Under the pieces are notes generated by a model that was not told the DNA's origin, did not search any database, and was given only the letters and a program-made list of their open reading frames with translations. This document shows positions 44,319-52,700 of a stretch of 64,000 nucleotides of DNA, in pieces (position 1 is the stretch's first letter; the number at the start of each line of letters is the position of its first letter). Made by a program: the position numbers and the translations under genes. Source of the DNA: a virus (lineage: Duplodnaviria > Heunggongvirae > Uroviricota > Caudoviricetes); IMG/VR virus record IMGVR_UViG_3300037484_000445, positions 96,001 to 160,000 of that record. One strand, written 5' to 3'.

Positions 44319-46505
44319 GTGGCCAATTGGCAGCCTTTCATCGTCCAAGTCCCTGGAAAAGACATCCTCGAACCCGTGAGGAATGTCCTCGAGACGTTGG
44401 TTATATTCCTGGACGTGTTGAAGGCTATCCTGGATACGGTCAAGATTTTCTTGGTCGACTTCGGCAACCCTATTAAGGCTCTAGTAGAAGCGCTCATAAA
44501 GCTCATTGAGGAGCTGTTTCTCTCGCTCAAGGCTTCGGGGGTCTACGCCTACTTTGATGTTCCAGATCCCTCGGCGGACCCTAACTTCAATCGTTACTCT
44601 GGTGGATTTCAGGCTTTCACAGAGAGGTTTAAGGGAAGTCTGTTCGATGCACAAGACTTCAACCGCCCTCAACCTCGTACTGGATCTACCCAAAGTGGCT
44701 TCGTGATTTTGGTCGTAGACGCCTCGTCCCCCTACGCTCTCCTCAATCGTATCAAGCAACTACTTCGGTTCTTTGGGCGTGAATTTGTATCCCCTCGGTA
44801 TGAGCCTCCGGTGAACTTCAAAGCCCTCCCAGTAGGTGCTAAGGGCGATCCGATCTTTGCTGTTACCAAGGTTTTCACTGACGGACCCATTGAGGCAATA
44901 CAACTTCAATGGTCTTTGCCTTCCAGTATGGAAACACCTGACCCTGGTTTTTCCGACGTTGTGACTAGGATGGCCAAGGAGTTCATTCCCCCGAACTTCT
45001 TGATTGAACGCTCGACTATCAACCCAGCTTCACAGAAGATCGACATATCCAAGCTAAGTGATGGGGCCTCTGCGGGTATTGTTCAAGTCACACAGGAGTC
45101 GCCTCTTAGTGTGGGCACCTCTCGTAAGCCAGCGATGCGAACGACCTTGTTGCGGGACGAATATGGCGACTCAGTAGTCAAGTTCCAGAAATACACCATC
45201 CTTGACCAGGTCTCGATCACGTCTTTGATGGGGCAATTGGGTAAATTTCGCTACATTGATACGGACATAACCCCAAACACTACCTACTACTACAGAGTAC
45301 GAGCCTTTAGCGGTGACCTCAAAATGTCTGGGGATCAGGTTGTCTTCCCCAGTCAAGACCAATTGACATTTAGCATCGAGTCTGGATACAAACTTCTAAA
45401 GTGGCCGGCAACGGCTGCCAATGAATCTGTCGTCATGGGTAAAGCCTCAGGCATCATGGCTGCTACGGTGCCACTGCCGATGGATCCCGCGGTCTTTGAT
45501 GTGGTGGAGAACCTCCTGAAGCTATTTGAGGTAGCTTTCTCTTTGGACTTCCATCTCGAATTGGACTATCAAGCTACGTTCGATTCTTTGGGAATGCCCG
45601 CGGGCGGGACGTCACCCATTCAAGTGGGCCGTGGATCTCTCATGAATTTGGCCAGTGCTTTGGCCATGTTCGAGTCGTATCTCACAGTGGGTAACTTATC
45701 CCGAGCCAAGACCATAAATGAGGCTTTTCAGCCAGATCCTATCACGGACTTGTACCCTGAACTGCCTTGGGAGAATACGAGCGTTCAAAAGCAATCTGCT
45801 CGTTTGGCTAACGCCGTAGCTTCGGCGTTGCTGCAGTCTGGAGCGGACGCTCTAAATGGCTTTCGGAACATCATGCAAGGGTCTCTTCCAGCAGGTGCCA
45901 TTTCTACGGGTGGCACTTTGGCAGGAGCTTCTACGCTGGAGACCGTGGTCAAGAGTTTCACGACGGTTAGCGACACTCCCTCAACTAGCCTAAAAGCTGC
46001 TGAGACTTTCGTTAACGGCTACTACGACTCAACCCTTAGATTGAACATCTTAGCCGCTGTTCAATACGTCAAGACGTATTCTTTAGGCGGAGCTCCTGTT
46101 GATTGGGTCTCCGTTGTGCCCCTTAGAGACATCGTGCCCTGGAGTGGTCAGATGATCTACGACTTGTTGGCAAAAATCAACGGGTTGTTGGATGCCTTTG
46201 GCGGTACGATGACAGAAATTAGCGCTTTCATCGATCTCTTGGAGCGCAAAATTGACACGTTGGAGCGGTTCATCGAGTTCTTGATCAACATTCTGAACTT
46301 CATCGAGAGTTTGGAGATGGGTGTCTATGTCTTGAGCGTCCCCGAACTCAATGGAACAGCTCAATCTTGGGTATCTGCGATCGACACGGCGGGTGGAACT
46401 AAGCCTCCAAGTGGCCCTGGCGGCTATTCGGCCGGTATTGCCTTAGGTTACGTTGCTCCGGATATAGCAGCCTTCAAGACGGCGTTCTCCATCATATTCG
46501 GCTAG
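44319..46505 (+). CDS. putative baseplate protein with FN3-like domain and terminal amphipathic helical repeats
   Basis: GAGG before the GTG start. IQLQW...YIDTDITPNTTYYYRVRAF is an FN3 signature. N- and C-terminal helical blocks both end in GVY. Confidence 0.65.
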   Translation: MANWQPFIVQVPGKDILEPVRNVLETLVIFLDVLKAILDTVKIFLVDFGNPIKALVEALIKLIEELFLSLKASGVYAYFDVPDPSADPNFNRYSGGFQAFTERFKGSLFDAQDFNRPQPRTGSTQSGFVILVVDASSPYALLNRIKQLLRFFGREFVSPRYEPPVNFKALPVGAKGDPIFAVTKVFTDGPIEAIQLQWSLPSSMETPDPGFSDVVTRMAKEFIPPNFLIERSTINPASQKIDISKLSDGASAGIVQVTQESPLSVGTSRKPAMRTTLLRDEYGDSVVKFQKYTILDQVSITSLMGQLGKFRYIDTDITPNTTYYYRVRAFSGDLKMSGDQVVFPSQDQLTFSIESGYKLLKWPATAANESVVMGKASGIMAATVPLPMDPAVFDVVENLLKLFEVAFSLDFHLELDYQATFDSLGMPAGGTSPIQVGRGSLMNLASALAMFESYLTVGNLSRAKTINEAFQPDPITDLYPELPWENTSVQKQSARLANAVASALLQSGADALNGFRNIMQGSLPAGAISTGGTLAGASTLETVVKSFTTVSDTPSTSLKAAETFVNGYYDSTLRLNILAAVQYVKTYSLGGAPVDWVSVVPLRDIVPWSGQMIYDLLAKINGLLDAFGGTMTEISAFIDLLERKIDTLERFIEFLINILNFIESLEMGVYVLSVPELNGTAQSWVSAIDTAGGTKPPSGPGGYSAGIALGYVAPDIAAFKTAFSIIFG

Positions 46506-46514
46506 GGCGTCACA

Positions 46515-46543
46515 TAGTCCTCTTTTGGGGTCGCATCAATGAG
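46515..46543 (+). promoter_or_regulatory. bipartite upstream motif (candidate late promoter)
   Basis: TAGTCCTCTTTT-N12-ATGAG in the 50-nt gap before ATG 46556. Confidence 0.4.
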
Positions 46544-46555
46544 ATGTAGACCCAT

Positions 46556-47293
46556 ATGAGTTTTGACTTCTTAGGCACTTTCAACCGGTCGCAGTTCGAG
46601 AGGTTCCTGGTTTTTGCCAGGTCCCAGCTACCTCTTGTAGACGGGCGTATTCAGCACCTTCAAGCTGAAGTGTCTCGCATTGGGACCGTGATGTTTCGTT
46701 ATACCAAGGGGGTTCCACAAGGATTCGCTGCCAATCCGGCCAACTCCTATCTAGGTAAGCTGTTGGGTGCTTATGAAGTGTTAGGCGGCAACCCCTTCAT
46801 TGATCTCAGGGTACGTCTACGCAGTGATCCTGTATTCAAGCTCAAGGGCACCGAAAGTAGTCCTTCCCAGTTCATGAGCAACGGGGAGGTAATCGGCGGG
46901 AAAGGCCTCTCTGACGCGCCTACTTCTGAATTGATGCTTGAGGCAAGGGATTGGCTTACGGACACCCTCAGGTCTCGATTTGACAGCCTGGAGAGGAAGA
47001 TCCGTCGAGCTATGGACTATTCGGATGAGCTTCAATCCGAGATAGCTACTCTGAAGACCATTCAACTGTCGGCCACCACTGTGGGGTCTTTGGAGTACAT
47101 TGCCGCACAAATCAATCAGTATCTGAGCGACCAGAACTATAGAGCCGTTTTCGATGACCGTGGTGGGGACGCCTATGGCTTCCATGTGTATGCGCCATTC
47201 AGCTCTTACGATGTTGTTGGTAGTCGCGTGAGTGATACGCCTCAGCGACAGAATTCGGGCTATGTCGGCCCGGGAGAGTCGGGTACCGGATGA
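46556..47293 (+). CDS. hypothetical protein (baseplate region)
   Basis: 245-aa ORF with coiled segments and an ATGA overlap with the next gene. Confidence 0.7.
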   Translation: MSFDFLGTFNRSQFERFLVFARSQLPLVDGRIQHLQAEVSRIGTVMFRYTKGVPQGFAANPANSYLGKLLGAYEVLGGNPFIDLRVRLRSDPVFKLKGTESSPSQFMSNGEVIGGKGLSDAPTSELMLEARDWLTDTLRSRFDSLERKIRRAMDYSDELQSEIATLKTIQLSATTVGSLEYIAAQINQYLSDQNYRAVFDDRGGDAYGFHVYAPFSSYDVVGSRVSDTPQRQNSGYVGPGESGTG

Positions 47294-48441
47294 GCTACGA
47301 TCGTCTGATAGAACACGTGTGCCCGCACATGGTGGTGGAAGAACCTCTTTACCTATCTGTTGATCGGCAAGTGGTGAGGCCATTACGTCCTATTGCCGCA
47401 GCGGCAACCGTCAAAGTCCGTTTCAATGGCGAGATTGACGTACCTTCGTATGGCTCTTCTATCCCGGCTCAGGCGACGGGTTCAAAGTCGGGACCCTTCA
47501 CGATTCAAGGTGGTGTCAATGACAAGCTCGTATTCACCGTAGGTGACTCGAGTCCTCAGACCCTAACACTACCCTCGGGGAGAGAACTCCCAGCCTCTAA
47601 AATCGTTGACATCTTGAATCGAACGGCGAAGGACATAGCCTTCACTGTTACCACCAAGAGGCAGATCCGAGTCACCACTTACAGGAATGGCCCTGCTGCA
47701 ACCTTGTTCCTTCAATCTACGGGGAGCACCGCGGCTGCAACCTTGGGACTTTCTGTAAACCGTAATTGGCGAGGAAAGACGGTTGTTCCTGGTTGGAGCA
47801 TTGTCAGCGATCCTAACACTTTGGAAGACCGTCCGACGAGGCTCATCATTTTCGATCACCCTCTCAAGGGGTACACCGACTATGTTGAAATCAATTACAC
47901 GACGATCCGACAAGAGTGTCGTCGTTGTGGTGGTTTGGGGATAGAACACGACTGGCGCTACAATGCCGGTGGTGGCCTTGTCAAAGTTGAGGGTCATGAT
48001 CTTTTGCTTCAAGAGGTCATGAAGATTACCTACACTGTCCTCGGTAGTAACAGATTTCATACTTGGTATGGGACCAATGTCATCAATTCGATTGGTAAAA
48101 AGCTGAGTTCTACAGGCATCGTGCAGAACATGATCCTATCAGAGATCAGCGACGCTTTTCGTCGTTGGCAGACTGTAAAGCGCCAACAAGAGGAGACCAT
48201 TGGGCAGCTGGTCTCTGATGAGGAATACCCCTTCAGACTCTCAGTTGTGAACTTGCAGCAGTCGGATCAAGACCCTACGATTATACTTGTGAACGTTGTT
48301 GTGCAAAGCCGTTCCAACAGGACCATTGAGATTGTGCGTGGCGTCAAGGTGCCTATGCCAATCGATCTTCTAGGTTCAACCCAGCAGCAACAACTCTTCA
48401 ACCAAACCATTCCCAACTACTCGATCATACAGAACGCATAA
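47290..48441 (+). CDS. baseplate wedge gp25-like (sheath initiator) protein with extra N-terminal domains
   Basis: C-terminal L.KVEG..LL.QEVMKI..T.LGSN.FH.WYGT...DPT.I.V.VVV gp25 pattern, CRRCGG motif, directly upstream of baseplate J. Confidence 0.75.
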   Translation: MSYDRLIEHVCPHMVVEEPLYLSVDRQVVRPLRPIAAAATVKVRFNGEIDVPSYGSSIPAQATGSKSGPFTIQGGVNDKLVFTVGDSSPQTLTLPSGRELPASKIVDILNRTAKDIAFTVTTKRQIRVTTYRNGPAATLFLQSTGSTAAATLGLSVNRNWRGKTVVPGWSIVSDPNTLEDRPTRLIIFDHPLKGYTDYVEINYTTIRQECRRCGGLGIEHDWRYNAGGGLVKVEGHDLLLQEVMKITYTVLGSNRFHTWYGTNVINSIGKKLSSTGIVQNMILSEISDAFRRWQTVKRQQEETIGQLVSDEEYPFRLSVVNLQQSDQDPTIILVNVVVQSRSNRTIEIVRGVKVPMPIDLLGSTQQQQLFNQTIPNYSIIQNA

Positions 48442-48443
48442 CC

Positions 48444-51400
48444 ATGGCTACCGCACCTCAAATATCGCTTAGGGACGGAAGTGGTTACACTCAGAACTTG
48501 GTCCTCACGACCAATCTGGAGAGTATTACCATTACGGGTTTGGTTGACACCAACACGGTGGACCTACAAGTCTCTTTGAACGGCGGGGCTTTCGTTTCGG
48601 ATCCTACCCTCGTAGCGCTCAATAGCCAGAACTTCACGGTTCCGAACCCCTCTTCATACCCAGACGGGATCCCGTTGGATCTTGGGGTGAATACAATATC
48701 CATTCGAGCCATCGACATTGTGGGTGGGGTTAGTTCTCCCTCGACGGTGACGATCACTCGAGTCGATGCCGTAGGAGACTTGGAGCTACTCATCCCTTCG
48801 GGTATAAGGGTTAATCGTAAGCGATCGTCCGTTGATATCCTAGCGGCCCAGCCTTCCAGCTTCTACCTACAAGGTTCCGTAGACAACCCTCTGAACTTTG
48901 AGTTTCGAGGGTTCAACTTCTACGCCTCGACTAGTCCCGCCGGGACGTCGGGCTACTATAAGGTCAACGATCAACCCATAACCCAGACATCCACGTACGA
49001 AGAGGACTTAGAAGATATCTCGGCTCAAAACGTCGTCTTCACACCTCAAGGCAACATTCGTGTGAAGGTTACCCAAGAAGACGACTTCAATGTCGAGCTT
49101 GTGACTGTTTTGGATGTTGTTACCCCGGGCATAACATTCGCCGGGCAACTCAAGTTCGTGAGTACTCTGCAGACACGAAGTTTGACGAACTTCATCTACT
49201 TCAACCATGTACGGACTTCGGGGCCTAACGCGGATCAATTCGTTGATGTCGATTCAACGTCCCCCTTGTATTACGTGGTTACGGGAGTATTCTACGACAC
49301 TATCCAGAGCAGGGAGTTCGAGACACCCTACTCCCAAGAGGCCCTAGGAACTCCACTGGTCATCGATACCGCCATTCGGGATCTTCCTGGACGCACGCAG
49401 CTTCAAATTGTAACGAACTTCATCCAAGCAATTTTGCGTGTAGATGCCCTGATTTCTTTGAATCCAGGATCGACAACTCGTGATGTGGAAATCGATCCCT
49501 TTGCGTCTGAAGCCGAGCGCCTTTGGTTCATTTGCGACTTCATACACAGATCCTCGAGTTTGCTCACACTTCTGCAAGTCGATGACGCCAATGGCGATAG
49601 TGTTTCGGATTCAGTAGCCAGCAGCTCCTACAAGCAGGCTCTGAAGGCAGCTTTAGGCTTCCAGACTGACACGGCCGTACAACAGCTGATCGACACGCAA
49701 TTCGATAAGCTAGCGGGAAACTACCAGAAGACTCGATTACCCGGGCGTCCTTCAGTAGGTCAAGTTGTCTTCTACTCCACTACACGTCCCACTAAGGACG
49801 TGCCCATTGCCTCGGGCACAATAGTTTCCGCAGATGAGGATACGGCCAACAATCTCCCTGCCGTTAGATTCCTGGTTGGTGGGAGTTATACGATTGTCGC
49901 AGCCCAAGCCGACGCCTATTACAACTTCAATACTCGACGCTACGAGATCACCGTCGATATCACAGCGGAGACCATAGGGTCCAACGGTAACCGTCCCGCG
50001 GGACAAATCCGCAACGTTTCTGGATCTGTGGGCACCTTCCAGGTCATCAACAATGAAGCCACGGTGTTCGGCACAGATAGGGAGACCAATGCTTCCTTGG
50101 CTGCCCGGGCTATGTTGGGCTTCGTTTCTGTCGATACTGGCACTGAGGGTGGGTACACCGCCACCTCGGCTTCTCAGGTGGGTATTGTAAAGACCAAGGT
50201 GGTAAAGTCCGGTGATCCCCTAATGATGAGGGATTACGACGATGTTCGACACAAGCACATCGGGGGTAAGGTTGACATTTGGATCCAAGGTCTTCGTGAG
50301 CGTACGGTCACGGAACGCTTCGCCTTCACCTTTGAAATAGCTAGGGATATTAGGTGCCAGATCCTGGATTTGGCCAACTTGATTTTCCGCGTCCTTGATA
50401 GTCGTGTGACTACAAACACCCCTATCACCGAGATCCTCAACAACCCTGTTCAGGGCCTTGGCGTCAGGAACGTCTCACAGGGGTTGAATTACGATCTCTC
50501 CGGCGTTACCATTTTGGACTATCAAACCTTCCAACTCAACACGGCCATTCCTCAGCCTTCTACGGCCATCAATGACATTGTGACGGCGGACTATCGTTTC
50601 CGATCCGTCAACTTGTTTCAGTTCACAATGCAGCCTGTTAGGCGTGTCGTGTCTGTGGTGGGTGAAGCCTCAGGGGCCTTGGACAATTCTTTGGGTTTTG
50701 ACCTTTACAAGACCGACGACCCGCTGTTGACCGGTGAGAGCACGATTGCCCAAGATTACCTAGTCATCAACCAAGTTGGGGGTATCCCAACCGGCGCCAC
50801 TATCACGGTCAACGACGAACAGCACGTCCTGATAGGGTTCTTTGATGAGCCTTTGAGCTCTATAGGTATCAACACTGCCACCATTCGAGTGTTCAACCAA
50901 ACTCGAAGTATTGAGTATTCGGGTCCTAGTGCGGCAAACCCGGATTTCGACATTATCTTGGGTACTGCGACCACTCCAGCCAAGATTGTGAGGTCGAATC
51001 CTTCAACCATCGTTAGCGGCCAGACTGTGAGCGTTGACTACACGCACGATGAGAACTTCACTGTCTCGTATGTGATCAACGACTTGCTGCAACAGCTTCA
51101 GCGAACCATCAACAGTCGTCGTCACGTAACGGCCGATGTCTTGGTAAAGCAAGCCATCCTGAATTCGGTTGAACTGGAAAGCACTGTGCAGTTGAAATCG
51201 GGAGCTAACAAGGACAAGGTTGACCCAGCTGTTCGATCTTCGGTTTCCTTGGAGTTGAACCAAAAGCTCATTGGTCAGGGATCGGCACAATCCGATGTCG
51301 TCAACGCTATAGACTCGACGGACGGCGTGGACTTCCAAGTTTTGCCAATGGCTCGAATGGGTTATGCTGATGGCTCTCGAAGGATGCGTGAAACGGTCCT

Positions 51401-51881
51401 TTCCACTAGCACACAAGTGCCAAGCTTGGATATTGGAGGTAACCAGGTATTCATTCTGGCTAACGCCCTTCAGTTCCCCACGACCGATGGGGGTGGCCTG
51501 AAGACGGAACATCGTGGGGTTTTCCAAGACGATGTGCTCTTGGTTATGGCTGCAGACCTTTTGCTTGTAGGTCAATACGCCAACCAGTCGTACATCATCG
51601 GGCATACCGGGGCTATCATCACAGGGTACAGCGATGACGCTACTTTGATCTCGGAGGGTTTCACCAACTTGGCTGATATTGCCGCTGAGCGTTTGGTGCG
51701 AACCGCTGATCGAGTTCTCATTAGCTTGTCTGGAGCTGGAATCCCTCCGGATCAGCCTACCAACCATGCCTATGCCGTGAGCTACATTGTTCGAAGTGAT
51801 ATTGGCCCACACGACATTACTGCCTCACAAGTTGAATTCCTCGATCTAGGCAACTTCACTCTCACTGTGAAAGAGGCCTAA
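48444..51881 (+). CDS. baseplate J-like (gp6/gp47) wedge protein, enlarged
   Basis: PGSTTRD..IDP, FDKLA.NY..TR..G..S.G.V.F, I..GTIVS, A...GS.GN..AG.I, N..A...GTDRETN..LA.R, GT..GY, GGKVDIWI.G. Confidence 0.88.
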   Translation: MATAPQISLRDGSGYTQNLVLTTNLESITITGLVDTNTVDLQVSLNGGAFVSDPTLVALNSQNFTVPNPSSYPDGIPLDLGVNTISIRAIDIVGGVSSPSTVTITRVDAVGDLELLIPSGIRVNRKRSSVDILAAQPSSFYLQGSVDNPLNFEFRGFNFYASTSPAGTSGYYKVNDQPITQTSTYEEDLEDISAQNVVFTPQGNIRVKVTQEDDFNVELVTVLDVVTPGITFAGQLKFVSTLQTRSLTNFIYFNHVRTSGPNADQFVDVDSTSPLYYVVTGVFYDTIQSREFETPYSQEALGTPLVIDTAIRDLPGRTQLQIVTNFIQAILRVDALISLNPGSTTRDVEIDPFASEAERLWFICDFIHRSSSLLTLLQVDDANGDSVSDSVASSSYKQALKAALGFQTDTAVQQLIDTQFDKLAGNYQKTRLPGRPSVGQVVFYSTTRPTKDVPIASGTIVSADEDTANNLPAVRFLVGGSYTIVAAQADAYYNFNTRRYEITVDITAETIGSNGNRPAGQIRNVSGSVGTFQVINNEATVFGTDRETNASLAARAMLGFVSVDTGTEGGYTATSASQVGIVKTKVVKSGDPLMMRDYDDVRHKHIGGKVDIWIQGLRERTVTERFAFTFEIARDIRCQILDLANLIFRVLDSRVTTNTPITEILNNPVQGLGVRNVSQGLNYDLSGVTILDYQTFQLNTAIPQPSTAINDIVTADYRFRSVNLFQFTMQPVRRVVSVVGEASGALDNSLGFDLYKTDDPLLTGESTIAQDYLVINQVGGIPTGATITVNDEQHVLIGFFDEPLSSIGINTATIRVFNQTRSIEYSGPSAANPDFDIILGTATTPAKIVRSNPSTIVSGQTVSVDYTHDENFTVSYVINDLLQQLQRTINSRRHVTADVLVKQAILNSVELESTVQLKSGANKDKVDPAVRSSVSLELNQKLIGQGSAQSDVVNAIDSTDGVDFQVLPMARMGYADGSRRMRETVLSTSTQVPSLDIGGNQVFILANALQFPTTDGGGLKTEHRGVFQDDVLLVMAADLLLVGQYANQSYIIGHTGAIITGYSDDATLISEGFTNLADIAAERLVRTADRVLISLSGAGIPPDQPTNHAYAVSYIVRSDIGPHDITASQVEFLDLGNFTLTVKEA

Positions 51882-51882
51882 A

Positions 51883-52692
51883 ATGGCAAGGTTCACCCTA
51901 GACCTTTCTCGTGTCAACTACTCGATCGTTGCCAAAGGTAAGGAGTATAACCTAAGGATCCTTAAGAGATCCCAGGCTATCTTTACGACACTCCTCAATC
52001 TCTTGCCATCGAACTACATTAGCGCCATAAATGGCCCTAACTATGCAGTTGAGTTGAAGGCCGTTGCCGTCGAGCTCGCCAAGATTGAAGTGGCCTTAGA
52101 GGACATCAACCTAGACCACGACTTCAATCACACCCGATCCGAGTTTCTTTACAGCATGATCGGGTACATGGTGTTCCTGAACAATCGGTTACCCCCATTG
52201 GAATTCAGTGATGTGGAGTTCCGAAAGTTCCTTCTGGCTCTGATCCAGATCTACTTCCAGGGCTCTGTCCCCGAATCCATCCGGGATGCCGTGGGCTTGT
52301 TCATCAGCGAAGACTACACGATCTTGGAGAACTTTCTTCTTGAGCGTGAGGGCGCTTCGGGGTTGGACATCTCCGATCAATTTGGGTTTCAGATCAACAT
52401 CGAGACTGGCGGAGTGTTTCCCACGGGACTGTTTGACCTTCAATCGAGCATTCGAATCATCCTCGATATCATTCGTCCCGCACACACTTTGTTCCGAATC
52501 CGCTTTATTTTTAGGGACGACTACCGACCGAACGACCCTATTCGGCGGATTCTCGACTCTATGAAGTGGCGACTATCCAACTACTACTACGAGGACTACC
52601 GGTCGTATTGGGAGGGCTTCAGGGATGTCGATCGCTTGGGTAAGAAGTTGAATCAGCAGGTTGTAGGGGAAAACCACAGCAGCGACTTCTGA
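51883..52692 (+). CDS. baseplate wedge protein (P2 gpI / gp7-like)
   Basis: Follows the J-like gene. LLPSNY, D.EFRKFL..LI.IYFQGS, ILDIIRPAHT motif. Confidence 0.75.
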   Translation: MARFTLDLSRVNYSIVAKGKEYNLRILKRSQAIFTTLLNLLPSNYISAINGPNYAVELKAVAVELAKIEVALEDINLDHDFNHTRSEFLYSMIGYMVFLNNRLPPLEFSDVEFRKFLLALIQIYFQGSVPESIRDAVGLFISEDYTILENFLLEREGASGLDISDQFGFQINIETGGVFPTGLFDLQSSIRIILDIIRPAHTLFRIRFIFRDDYRPNDPIRRILDSMKWRLSNYYYEDYRSYWEGFRDVDRLGKKLNQQVVGENHSSDF

Positions 52693-52700
52693 GGTCTGTA

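Noticed and set aside
51003-51812. 269-aa minus-strand ORF and the many other minus-strand ORFs in the track
   Set aside because: They lie antisense to well-supported plus-strand genes, show no recognisable motifs, and are expected shadows of codon bias.
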